From an uncultured Candidatus Cloacimonadota bacterium (GTDB lineage Bacteria; Cloacimonadota; Cloacimonadia; Cloacimonadales; TCS61): 64,000 nt of DNA. Every line of letters begins with the position of its first letter. Position 1 is the first letter of the stretch. The stretch is from contig CAYSSJ010000004.1 of the NCBI GenBank assembly GCA_964433675.1, forward strand, positions 66,454 to 130,453, in the 5' to 3' direction. The translations under genes were made by a program, and so were the position numbers. The notes beneath the pieces were generated by a model, which ran no database searches, was not told where the DNA came from, and saw only the letters and a program-made list of their open reading frames with translations. Below are positions 51,138-61,253 of this stretch, piece after piece.

Positions 51138-52171
51138 TCATTAATGTCTTTGATCAATACATCTTTGAAAGTTTCCAGATTATCCAAGACCATTCCGCTT
51201 CCTTTGAGCACACATGTAAGAGGGTCGGAGATCAGGTGTGCCGGCAGATCGACAGTCTCTTGGATCTTCCTGTCCAGCCCTTTCAGTTGTGAACCTCCGC
51301 CAGTAAGTATGATGCCACGCTCGGCTATATCAGCTGCCAATTCCGGAGCTGTTTTTTCAAATAGCCGTTTGACTGCATCGATCATTAGGTTGACCGTTTC
51401 TGCCAGAGCTTCGCGGATATCCTCGGAGCTAACTTCGACAGTGATTGGATAACCGGTGATAATATCCCTACCTCTTACTTCCATTTTGATCTCTTTTTCC
51501 AATGGGAAAGCAGATCCTATCTTTATCTTTATCCGCTCGGCAGTTTGGATGCCGACGTAGATGTTGTTCTTCTTACGAAGATAGTTTACGATTGCATTAT
51601 CCATCTTATCACCACCGACACGGATAGAAGTATGTACCACGATATGAGAGAGGGAGATAATTGCGATTTCTGTAGTACCGCCACCTATATCCATGATCAG
51701 GTTTCCCTGCGGCTTATGGATCGGTAGATTCGCACCGATGGCTGCAGCAACAGGTTCGGATACCAAAAATACTTCCCGTGACCCGGCATGAAGAGCACTA
51801 TCGCGCACAGCACGTTTCTCTACTTCAGTGATACCGGATGGCACACAGACAAGCACACGCGGTTTAATCAGAAGCCGCCGCTTCTGTGCTCGTAATATCA
51901 AGTTTCTCAACATCAATTCAGTAACCTGAAAATCAGCTATTACGCCGTCTTGTAATGGCTTGATAATTATTACTTCTTGCGGATTCTTACCCAGCATCTC
52001 CTTGGCAGATTCGCCGATGGCTATTATCCGCTTTTTGTCGCTCGAGATAGCTACTACTGAGGGTTCATCAATAACTATTCCGAAGCCCTTTCTATATACC
52101 AACGTATTTGCCGTGCCAAGATCAATGGCAATATCGTTGTTAAACATTTCCGATATATTTCTAAACCACAT
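51134..52171 (-). CDS. mreB: Rod shape-determining protein MreB
   Basis: Actin-fold motifs IDLGTANT, DIGGGTTE. Confidence 0.9.
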   Translation of the reverse strand: MWFRNISEMFNNDIAIDLGTANTLVYRKGFGIVIDEPSVVAISSDKKRIIAIGESAKEMLGKNPQEVIIIKPLQDGVIADFQVTELMLRNLILRAQKRRLLIKPRVLVCVPSGITEVEKRAVRDSALHAGSREVFLVSEPVAAAIGANLPIHKPQGNLIMDIGGGTTEIAIISLSHIVVHTSIRVGGDKMDNAIVNYLRKKNNIYVGIQTAERIKIKIGSAFPLEKEIKMEVRGRDIITGYPITVEVSSEDIREALAETVNLMIDAVKRLFEKTAPELAADIAERGIILTGGGSQLKGLDRKIQETVDLPAHLISDPLTCVLKGSGMVLDNLETFKDVLIKDIND

Positions 52172-52275
52172 ATAGCCCCCAAAAAGGTTTGGAGAATCTT
52201 ATTCGAAACGGCTTGACATCTGTCAAGTGGTTTTATTTGTTTTTTTGAAATAATTTCTGTTTCGGAAGTGATCGA

Positions 52276-54354
52276 TCAGTAATCGAACAGCTTTTCCTGA
52301 GAATGGTAACGAGTAAAAAAAGTCTGATGTAAAGCCTTGTTCTTGTCTTTCTCCAGCTCAAAATCTTCGTCTATGATAGAAAAAGCCCAGTATCTCGCCT
52401 CAGTAAGAATCTGTTGATCACGCACGATATTGGCTAACTTGAAGAGTGGGAAACCACTTTGCTCGGTACCGAAGAAATTTCCCGGTCCGCGCAAATCCAT
52501 ATCTTTCTCTGCTATCTTGAAGCCGTCATTGGTCTCTATCATGATATTCAGCCGTTCTTTTGCCTCTTTGCTCATGGGTGGATAGGCAATAAGATAACAA
52601 TAAGACTGTGCTGCACCTCTACCTACCCGTCCGCGCAGTTGATGTAGCTGACTCAATCCGAATCTTTCAGCATGCTCTATCACCATTATGGAAGCATTGG
52701 GTACATCTATGCCAACTTCGATAACTGTGGTGGCTATCAATACAGATATACGATTGTCGTTAAAATCCCGCATAATAGCATCTTTATCTTTCTGCTTCAT
52801 CTTTCCGTGTAATAGAGCGCAATGATGATCCTTATAGATTTCAGTGCTGAGTGTTTTAAACAGAGATTGGGCTGCCAGGAGATCACTTTTTTCAGATTCC
52901 TCTACCAACGGACAGACGATATATACCTGCCTACCTTTGGCAATATTTCCCCGCAGTTTTTTGTACAAATCCTCTCGTTTACCTGCACCGATCCATTTAG
53001 TTCTCACCGGTTTTCTGTTCGGTGGCAGCTCATCTATCACACTTACATCAAGATCACCATACACCGTAAGAGCAAGGGAACGGGGGATAGGAGTGGCAGA
53101 AAGGTGCAATATGTCCGGATGCTTACCCGATTGTGAAAGGAAAGCACGCTGCTTTACTCCAAAACGATGCTGCTCATCTATGGCAACGAAACCGACATTA
53201 TGATAGCGCATATCTTTTTGGATAAGTGCGTGTGTACCTATGATGATATTTATCTTCCCTTCCGCTATTGTTTCTTTAGCTGTTTTTTTTGCCTTGTTCT
53301 CACCGCCGGTGATCAATACGATGCTGAGCTCCGGTTGATTTTTTAAAAGGGAGGAGACATTTTTGAAGTGTTGCTCTGCCAGAATCTCTGTGGGAGCCAT
53401 CATCACAGCTTGAAATCCGTTTTCGATAGCGATCAACATAGCAAAGACGGTAACGATCGTCTTACCTGAGCCAACATCACCTTGAAGCAATCTATTCATC
53501 TGTCTCTTGGCGGTCATATCGGTTACTATCTCTCGGATCACTCTCTTCTGAGCACCCGTAAGAGCGAATGGTAGAGATTCTTTCAAAGCGGTAGAGTATG
53601 TCTTTTTCAGACTAAATTTGTTGCCCTCTTTTTCGATATGATGTCTTTTCTTAGTACGAGCCAACATCAATTGATGATAAAACAGCTCTTCGAAGATAAA
53701 TCTCTTTTTTGCAGTTTGAATAGCCTGAGGATGGGCAGAAAAATGAATATCATGAACCGCATCCTGCCGGGAGGGAAATTTATACTTTTGCAGAAGATAA
53801 TCAGGTAGCGTTTCCTCCAGATATTTACCATACAAACGGTAGGCATTATACACCAAGTCCCGCATTAGATTCATGCCGATCTTTTCGGTGAGAGGATAAA
53901 CCGGCAAAAAGGTTTTATCCAACCAATAACTGCTTTTATTTGGATTAGTCAATATCTCAAAATCCGGGTGCACTAACTGCATTTTACCCATAAATTCTGT
54001 CACCACACCACTCAACCAAATCGTCTCACCTTCTTTGAACTGAGCCAAAAACCAAGCACTAAACCGAAACCAAACACAATCGATAAAAGCTTTCCCGTCG
54101 GTGATGATGAGATGTAACTGTTTTCTACCCTGTTTATCCATCCGTTTATGTACGGAATGGATCTCGCCTATCAGTGAACAGCGTTCTCCTACTCTGAGGT
54201 CTCGAATAGATTGGCAAGCATGGCGATTGATATAATCACGCGGGAAATGAAAGAGCAGATCCTCGATCGTTTGAATATCGAGTTTTTTGAGAAGGCGAGC
54301 TCGAAACTCACCCACTCCTTTCAAATACTGTACACTATTCTTTAACGGATCCAT
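52276..54354 (-). CDS. recG: ATP-dependent DNA helicase RecG
   Basis: Wedge domain plus SF2 helicase motifs (GDVGSGKT, DEQHRFG). Confidence 0.9.
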   Translation of the reverse strand: MDPLKNSVQYLKGVGEFRARLLKKLDIQTIEDLLFHFPRDYINRHACQSIRDLRVGERCSLIGEIHSVHKRMDKQGRKQLHLIITDGKAFIDCVWFRFSAWFLAQFKEGETIWLSGVVTEFMGKMQLVHPDFEILTNPNKSSYWLDKTFLPVYPLTEKIGMNLMRDLVYNAYRLYGKYLEETLPDYLLQKYKFPSRQDAVHDIHFSAHPQAIQTAKKRFIFEELFYHQLMLARTKKRHHIEKEGNKFSLKKTYSTALKESLPFALTGAQKRVIREIVTDMTAKRQMNRLLQGDVGSGKTIVTVFAMLIAIENGFQAVMMAPTEILAEQHFKNVSSLLKNQPELSIVLITGGENKAKKTAKETIAEGKINIIIGTHALIQKDMRYHNVGFVAIDEQHRFGVKQRAFLSQSGKHPDILHLSATPIPRSLALTVYGDLDVSVIDELPPNRKPVRTKWIGAGKREDLYKKLRGNIAKGRQVYIVCPLVEESEKSDLLAAQSLFKTLSTEIYKDHHCALLHGKMKQKDKDAIMRDFNDNRISVLIATTVIEVGIDVPNASIMVIEHAERFGLSQLHQLRGRVGRGAAQSYCYLIAYPPMSKEAKERLNIMIETNDGFKIAEKDMDLRGPGNFFGTEQSGFPLFKLANIVRDQQILTEARYWAFSIIDEDFELEKDKNKALHQTFFTRYHSQEKLFDY

Positions 54355-54578
54355 ATTGATATTTATTTCGTATCTGCTTGTTTCCAGTCAAGAAAAAGAT
54401 TTGACTGCAGTGGAACAGATAGGCTCCACATGGCAGGCAGGGCAGGCAAAGAAATCCCAAATTCCAAGCACCAAATACCCCCCAGTGAAATATTTCTGAC
54501 GAAATTTCACTGGGCAGGCAAATAAATCTCAAATCCCAAACTACAATGACCAAAACGAAAACCTGCATTTACTAAGTT

Positions 54579-54621
54579 CACACTTCGATACGCTCCGGCT
54601 TCGCCGAAGCTACTCAGTGTG
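54579..54621. repeat. Core imperfect hairpin of interspersed mosaic repeat (copy 2 of 4)
   Basis: cacact-tcgatacgctccg-gcttcg-c-cgaagc-tactc-agtgtg; near-identical copies at 10495-10538, 61515-61554, 61836-61879. Confidence 0.8.
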
Positions 54622-54819
54622 ACAAGCTTATGACCGTTGATCTCTAAACTATCACTCTAAACTGCATATTGCATTATTCATTATACATTGTTCATTTACT
54701 TACATTCTCACCTTCTCCAATCTGCTTACTGCCTACTGCTTACTGTATTCCAATCTTCCTATCTTCCTATCCTCCTAACCTCCTAACCTCCTATCTACTA
54801 CCTTCCACCGTCTATCACC

Positions 54820-57147
54820 TTACTTCAACAGAACCACCCGATGTGTCTGTGTCTCACTACCATTTCTCAGCTTCGCCAGATATATCCCCGAAGCTACCAC
54901 TCTGCCACGATTATCTCTGCCATCCCAGGTGATATGAGTTACAGAATCTTCCGATGGTGACACTTCCAATTTTCGCACTAACTGTCCTTTGATGTTGTAG
55001 AGTTCGATGACGGCATCTTCGTCTATCTGGGGCAGATTAATAGCGAAGGTGGTCTCAGTATTGAACGGATTGGGGAAGTTAGCGAAAGTTACCTCCGGTG
55101 GTAAGATAGCGGGCTCATCGGCGGAGATGGGAGTGATATTAAGTTCGTAGAGGGAGAGGTGGTCTCTATTAACACTGAAAGCATAAACTTCTGGTCCGGT
55201 TTCGAGAAAATGCATATTATTTGTTCCATGTAAGGTCTCATGTCCAAATATGAAACTATCAATTATTCCGTTTGGAGAATCTCCAATATCATAAAGCAAT
55301 TGTATCGGGCGGACAGCTGATGTAGTTATAAACAAAATTCCATCATAATAATCAACGGTATAAGGAGTAATACTTAAACCTGTCTGAATCGAAAACTGTA
55401 CTGTTGGTTCAGTAGGATTTTCTAATGAATAAAAATTATCTATTATTGTATTATAATCTCTATGAAAGAGATAATCATTTACTATCGTTGGAGATGCATG
55501 TGCATGATTAACAAAATTCATATGAGAATTTGCAATAGAAGGATCATTCTCGAACAAACCATCTATTATATAGAGGTTTTGAGTGTTTTGTGGTTCATTT
55601 CGTTCATACAAATAACCATAACCATTATGTATCAAAATCGTATATCCGACCGGATGTTCGAATTCGAATAGCAATTCGGGATTTCGAGGATCACTGATAT
55701 CATATTTTCTTAATATCGAATTTGGGTAATGCCTGTAAATATAAATCGTGTCATCTTCATATTCATCTATACGAATCTTACTATGAACAATCGGTTCTGT
55801 AGATATTTCGGCTAAAAGTTCTACTTCCGGCAAGTTTGATATATCATAAATCTCGACCAATGATTCTGCCATCACAGATAGTATTAGTAAATCATGCTTT
55901 ATGTTTATATGATAATATTCATTTTCATATAATTCGTTATAAATAATTTGAGGATTATGAGGATCCTGTATATCATAAAAATAGACGCCGGCACTTCCAA
56001 AGGTAGTATAATACCAATCAGAATTTATTACAAGATAATGATCATAAAACTTACTGGTACTGGCTAAGGTAGTTGGGTAGTCAAAATGTATTTCTCTAAA
56101 TTCGATTTGCATTTCATCCCTATTCAATTCAAAAACATGGATATAGTCGGTTAAGGTAGCATAGATAATATCTTCATGTACTGTGGGTTGTCTGGGAACT
56201 GGCACATATATGTTAATATGGTCAAGAACTTGTGGATTATAAATATCACTAATATCCAATAATTCTAATCCATTTTGCTTCATTAAGATCAATAAATGAT
56301 CGTCTATATAACTATATTTTCTATAATTGACAGAAAGCGGAAAATCAAATTCATAATGTGTTATATATTGCCAATCTACCGGATCGGTTATATCCCAAAA
56401 TGAGATAGCAAATTGGTTATTTACCATAACAACATCTTCTGAATATCTGGTAAAATAGGTAATGGAAGATGTTGTCGGGTTATGAATATCGGACATATCT
56501 ATCTCATTGAGGTATTGAATATTGTTTATATCGGAAAATTCATAAAAATATAATGTGTTGTTTGGCATACTAATATGTATCGCAATTTCATCGGTTAATT
56601 CGTGTAGTGTCAGGTAGTAAGGTGGTAGCGGCGACTGAGGAAGTGTGGCAACATATTCCAAATCCGGTAAGGTATATAGCTCACTTCCTTCCAGAACATT
56701 ATAGACTTGTAGATAATTTCCGATTTTATAACCGCCAACACCAGTTGATTCAGAGTAACTAAGTTGAATTGCATTTTCGATTATCGGAGTTGAAGGATTA
56801 GATACATTTACTTGATATATAGTACTTGGTTCGGTGACAAAATCAAATTCGGGGTAACTAGGTCCAAATGTGATGATATATAAATAATCCCCGTGTTTCA
56901 CAAATGAATTTGGCACCTTGAAAGGTAAGATTGATAAACATTCCAATGTCCCATTTTCCTGGATTTCGAATATCTGCATAGAACATCTGGTTATTGTGTA
57001 CAAATATGGCTCATCGATTATTATGTGATCATGACTTGAAAAATAAGACTGAGAATAACCGTAGTGATCGATAAGCTCTAACGAAGCTTCTGTAGCTAAC
57101 ACAGGAAGTACTATTATAGTTAGAATTAATATAATAATATTTTTCAT
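54820..57147 (-). CDS. LVIVD-repeat beta-propeller protein with T9SS C-terminal sorting domain (paralog A)
   Basis: Signal peptide; repeated LxIxDISDPxNP-type LVIVD blades; C-terminal FANFPNPFNTETTF...YNIKGQLVRKL...GIYLAKL T9SS CTD. Confidence 0.7.
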   Translation of the reverse strand: MKNIIILILTIIVLPVLATEASLELIDHYGYSQSYFSSHDHIIIDEPYLYTITRCSMQIFEIQENGTLECLSILPFKVPNSFVKHGDYLYIITFGPSYPEFDFVTEPSTIYQVNVSNPSTPIIENAIQLSYSESTGVGGYKIGNYLQVYNVLEGSELYTLPDLEYVATLPQSPLPPYYLTLHELTDEIAIHISMPNNTLYFYEFSDINNIQYLNEIDMSDIHNPTTSSITYFTRYSEDVVMVNNQFAISFWDITDPVDWQYITHYEFDFPLSVNYRKYSYIDDHLLILMKQNGLELLDISDIYNPQVLDHINIYVPVPRQPTVHEDIIYATLTDYIHVFELNRDEMQIEFREIHFDYPTTLASTSKFYDHYLVINSDWYYTTFGSAGVYFYDIQDPHNPQIIYNELYENEYYHINIKHDLLILSVMAESLVEIYDISNLPEVELLAEISTEPIVHSKIRIDEYEDDTIYIYRHYPNSILRKYDISDPRNPELLFEFEHPVGYTILIHNGYGYLYERNEPQNTQNLYIIDGLFENDPSIANSHMNFVNHAHASPTIVNDYLFHRDYNTIIDNFYSLENPTEPTVQFSIQTGLSITPYTVDYYDGILFITTSAVRPIQLLYDIGDSPNGIIDSFIFGHETLHGTNNMHFLETGPEVYAFSVNRDHLSLYELNITPISADEPAILPPEVTFANFPNPFNTETTFAINLPQIDEDAVIELYNIKGQLVRKLEVSPSEDSVTHITWDGRDNRGRVVASGIYLAKLRNGSETQTHRVVLLK

Positions 57148-57219
57148 ATTAAACTCCTTCTTTTTAGTTTTTTCAATTAAGGAGCAGCACTGATGCTGCT
57201 CCTTATATTTATTATTTCA

Positions 57220-57600
57220 TTATGGTATTTGAGGAGTAGTACCACCACCATGTTGATTAGACGGCCAATAAATATCAAGCTCAATAGTAGATGGATGAAC
57301 TTCTCCAACTGTATAACTATCGTATTTATCTAAAATTAAAATACTCTGATGTGTACTTTTCATTTTAATCTCTGTACCAGGTTCAAGGCTTTCAGCAATT
57401 CTAGTCTCAGTCTCTCTCTCTCCGGGTACTAAAATAAACAATAACTCATTTTCTTCGTCTGGTCTTATTTCCCAAAAAAAGTATTCACCTGAATGAGCAT
57501 CTTCATGTACTTCACCAGTATACTTTATTGTTACTTCTGCCCACAACATTCCGATAGCAAAAAATATCATCAGGACCGTGATTATTATTATCTTTTTCAT
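57220..57600 (-). CDS. Small secreted protein (cassette A partner)
   Basis: Signal peptide MKKIIIITVLMIFFAIGMLWA; C-terminal IYWP..GGG resembles the 60575 paralog. Confidence 0.5.
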   Translation of the reverse strand: MKKIIIITVLMIFFAIGMLWAEVTIKYTGEVHEDAHSGEYFFWEIRPDEENELLFILVPGERETETRIAESLEPGTEIKMKSTHQSILILDKYDSYTVGEVHPSTIELDIYWPSNQHGGGTTPQIP

Positions 57601-57834
57601 TTTCTTTTCCTCCAGTTATTTTTATTTGTGCTCCCTATCTCATCCATTTTATTAGATTTGGAAAAGATAGTACTCCACCTCTCCCCGCGCCGGAGCATTA
57701 CGTAGGGAGAAAGAGCCGGATGTATTTGTTGCGACAGCAGAAATAGAGTCTTCGGAGGAAACTTGCTTTGATGATAATTGTTTCATATCTGACAGCCTTT
57801 CTATTTAAAGGACATATTTCTAAGGACAGAGAGA

Positions 57835-57847
57835 GGGGGGGGGGGGG
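57835..57847. repeat. Homopolymeric G13/C13 tract in conserved upstream region of cassette A
   Basis: 13 consecutive G followed by taaaat, about 235 nt upstream of the 57600 start codon. Confidence 0.9.
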
Positions 57848-58190
57848 TAAAATATTGTTTTACATAGAGATAGCGAATCTGACGCTAATTCTCTTTGCAA
57901 AACAAAAAGTTTGTGAGCAAATCTCAGGATCATCATGCCTCCTTACGATCCTAAAAACTACCCTTTACCTCACGCTCCTTAGCTACGATATTGACATTTT
58001 TCCTTGCGAAATTATAGCATTAATTTTCTAAAACACTTATCTACCTGTCAAGAAAAATCTTATCTTCCAACAAATTCCTATAAATTCCTGCCAATACCTT
58101 GTTTCTAAACCTCTCCCTTGTCCTCCGTAGCCTGTAAGGTGAAGGGGGCTTGCTTCTTCTTCCACCCTCCACTCTCCTCCTTCTATCATC

Positions 58191-60506
58191 TTACTTCAAC
58201 AGCACCACCCGATGTGTCTGTGTCTCACTACCATTTCTCAGTTTCGCCAGATATATCCCCGAAGCTACCACTCTGCCTTTACTATCTCTGCCATCCCAGG
58301 TGATATGTGTTACAGAATCTTCCGATGGTGGAACTTCCAGCTTACGGATCAATTGTCCTTTGATATTATAGAGTTCGATTACGGCATCGTCTTCTATATC
58401 CGGAAGATTGATAGCGAAGGTGGTTTCGGTGTTGAACGGATTGGGGAAGTTGGCGAAAGCCATATCCGGCGGGATTATAGCGGGATCATCGGCGGAGATG
58501 GGAGTGATATTGAGTTCGTAGAGGGAGAGGTGGGAGCGTCCGATATTATACATATAAGTAGTAGAATTAGTTTCGTAGATAAATGAGTAGTTTTGAGAAT
58601 ATTCCTCAAAATAAGTTTCATGTGTAATTGTACCGGTAACTTCACCCGATATGTCATATAAGAAAGTGACACGTGATCCAAGCATTAATGGAGAGGCAAA
58701 TATGATATCTTCATAATACAAATACATATTCAGTGGGTATTCGAGTTGAAAGACGAATTCTGGATTATGGGGGTCTGTTTGTATTTCATATAAGTGCGAT
58801 TCATGATTTGGAGAAAACAAGACTAAGTGGTCCAGGTAGTTGTTCGTGTACAAGTAAACAGTATCATCATAATTACTGAAGCCTGGGATAGCATTTGCCA
58901 GATAAGGCTGATTATCATGCAAACCACCTACTACATGCAGATCTTGGGTTGCTGCATGCTGATGATTGGTTAAGATATAACCATATCCATCGTTTACTAC
59001 AAATCTCGGAGCTGTAAATCCGTCCTCATAAAATAACAGTTCTACAGAATTAGACTCTATTTGGTATTTTCTAATAATTGAATCCGGATAGCGCGTATGC
59101 ACATAAAATACATCATCCACATAAGGATCTGTAACTACTTGTGAAAATATAAAATCCCAAACATCATAAAAGACAATTTGATCGATTAATCCGGGCATGG
59201 TGGGAACTGTGATATCATATATATTTAGATAGAATTCATCCTGATTAAGATCTCCATCTACTTTAGCAATCAGATAGTTATCAAGTATTTTGGGTTGAGA
59301 TAAATCTTTGAATGCTTCTATTTCTATAATAGATGGATTGAGTGGATCAGAGAGATCATACATATAAATACCATAGTAGTCCGAATCAAGAAATATTAAA
59401 TCCATATATTGTCCGGCAAGGCTAGAATTAACAGGGTAAGAAAGATATTCGCCAATGTATTCGAATTCCATAGTACTTTCATTCAGATAAACCTGTAAGA
59501 TACCTTCATCATCATCGGAAGGTATATAAATAGTATTATTAGACTCATTAAATACCCCGCAATTTATGTTCTTATAAAAAAGATCATGATGATCCAGTAT
59601 GACAGGGTCATAGATGTCGGTTATATCGACCAGGTATAGTCCATCTTGGGCATATACTATCATCAGCCAGTTTTCTATTATATCATGCACAGCCCGCCAT
59701 ATCATATCAGAATCCAAAGAAAAACTGCTGAGATAAGTCCAATCTTCGGTATCTGATATATCCCAAAAGGAAAGACAAGTCTGTCCTGCCATCATCAGCA
59801 ATGTATCTCTGATTACGGTGAATTTCCCGGGTAAATGATCACCATGAATGTCCCAGACATCGATGGTGCTTATGAGTTCTAGATTTTCGATATCGGAGTA
59901 ATCATATATATCGATATTGCCATAACCTGGGCTTTGATCAACTGCTATATTATCGGAGATTTCATGTAACTTTACATGATAACCCGGTAGAACAGAAGGT
60001 GGCAGGGAAGTAATATATTCCAGATCGGGTATGGTGTATATATCGCTGGCAAACTGATAACTGCCGGCTTGTAGATATTCGCCTACTATGTTGATAGAAC
60101 GATTGTTCTCAATACTATCATATTCAATGCTATTGATAATTTGCGGATTATGCTTATCAGAGACATCTATCTGATGTAAAGTTAAAGGCGTGGTATATGG
60201 TTTCAAATATGAGCCAACAAAATTGCTGGTAAGCAGATAGATATAATCATCCGCTTTGGTAAAGTATGCAGCACTAACGATAGGTAAGTGCGATAATTTG
60301 GTCAGTTCATCATCGTTACCAATTTCAAAGATAGCAAGCCCTGATACTGTAACAGCATATAAATATGGGTGTTCTACTATCAACCTGTCGTGTGTAGCAC
60401 CAAAGGCTTCTCCAAAATTAATGGATTTGATATGTTCGATATCTATTTCTACGGATACTAAATTGTATGTAAATATTATTAGTATAATTATCCCTATATT
60501 TTTCAT
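58191..60506 (-). CDS. LVIVD-repeat beta-propeller protein with T9SS C-terminal sorting domain (paralog B)
   Basis: Same architecture as paralog A; last 330 nt nearly identical to paralog A at DNA level. Confidence 0.7.
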   Translation of the reverse strand: MKNIGIIILIIFTYNLVSVEIDIEHIKSINFGEAFGATHDRLIVEHPYLYAVTVSGLAIFEIGNDDELTKLSHLPIVSAAYFTKADDYIYLLTSNFVGSYLKPYTTPLTLHQIDVSDKHNPQIINSIEYDSIENNRSINIVGEYLQAGSYQFASDIYTIPDLEYITSLPPSVLPGYHVKLHEISDNIAVDQSPGYGNIDIYDYSDIENLELISTIDVWDIHGDHLPGKFTVIRDTLLMMAGQTCLSFWDISDTEDWTYLSSFSLDSDMIWRAVHDIIENWLMIVYAQDGLYLVDITDIYDPVILDHHDLFYKNINCGVFNESNNTIYIPSDDDEGILQVYLNESTMEFEYIGEYLSYPVNSSLAGQYMDLIFLDSDYYGIYMYDLSDPLNPSIIEIEAFKDLSQPKILDNYLIAKVDGDLNQDEFYLNIYDITVPTMPGLIDQIVFYDVWDFIFSQVVTDPYVDDVFYVHTRYPDSIIRKYQIESNSVELLFYEDGFTAPRFVVNDGYGYILTNHQHAATQDLHVVGGLHDNQPYLANAIPGFSNYDDTVYLYTNNYLDHLVLFSPNHESHLYEIQTDPHNPEFVFQLEYPLNMYLYYEDIIFASPLMLGSRVTFLYDISGEVTGTITHETYFEEYSQNYSFIYETNSTTYMYNIGRSHLSLYELNITPISADDPAIIPPDMAFANFPNPFNTETTFAINLPDIEDDAVIELYNIKGQLIRKLEVPPSEDSVTHITWDGRDSKGRVVASGIYLAKLRNGSETQTHRVVLLK

Positions 60507-60574
60507 AAATTCCTCCTAAAATTTTTTATTAAGTAGGGGAAGCAGCAAGGAGCTGCTTCCCTCTTTTTTCTTAC

Positions 60575-60991
60575 TCATTCAGGTTCCGGTATAGTTGGAT
60601 CATACTCCTCTGGAGGTTCTCCACCACCACCACCGGGCCAATAGATAACGATCGGATTGCCACTGAAGCCAGGCGGAACATCTTTTGTCCTTAGTATTGT
60701 TTCACCACTTGATGTTGTTGATTCGACTCCTGCACAGGCAGGATATTGAGTAGAGCTGGTTATGTATGTAGTATATGTTCTTGTATCTGGTGCTTGTACA
60801 TCTCCATAAGAACTAGATCGATAGAATGAAAATGGTGGACAAGGTTCTCTATCATATCCAATTTCAACATCATAAGCATTTTGAGTAAAGTGAACTTCTA
60901 CTATTAATTCGAGTGGATATTCAGTATCTGCTTGTAGCATGCCAACAGTACCCATTAGTAAGAGTACTGCGAGAATTATTATCTTTTTCAT
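60575..60991 (-). CDS. Small secreted protein (cassette B partner)
   Basis: Signal peptide MKKIIILAVLLLMGTVGMLQA; Ser/Thr/Tyr-rich; C-terminal IVIYWPGGGGG. Confidence 0.5.
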   Translation of the reverse strand: MKKIIILAVLLLMGTVGMLQADTEYPLELIVEVHFTQNAYDVEIGYDREPCPPFSFYRSSSYGDVQAPDTRTYTTYITSSTQYPACAGVESTTSSGETILRTKDVPPGFSGNPIVIYWPGGGGGEPPEEYDPTIPEPE

Positions 60992-61244
60992 TTTTTATTC
61001 CTCCTAATTTTTTTTTCACCCGTTATTTAATTTTACTCTCACCACAGGCAGGGTGAGAGGATTCCCCCTCGACTTGCGCCGGTAGTGGCAAATCAAATCC
61101 CTCTCTATGCGGGGAATCTTTTCATAGAGAGGTGCGCTCAGGTGAACTTGTTCTTCCCGATATAGAAGATATAATATTTTTTGGAGCGAGTATAGTTTTC
61201 TTGCTTTACTTTGCATCTTTTTATCTGTTTGGCATAGAAGTTGC

Positions 61245-61253
61245 GGGGGGGGG
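61245..61253. repeat. Homopolymeric G9/C9 tract in conserved upstream region of cassette B
   Basis: 9 consecutive G followed by taaaat, about 255 nt upstream of the 60991 start codon. Confidence 0.9.
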
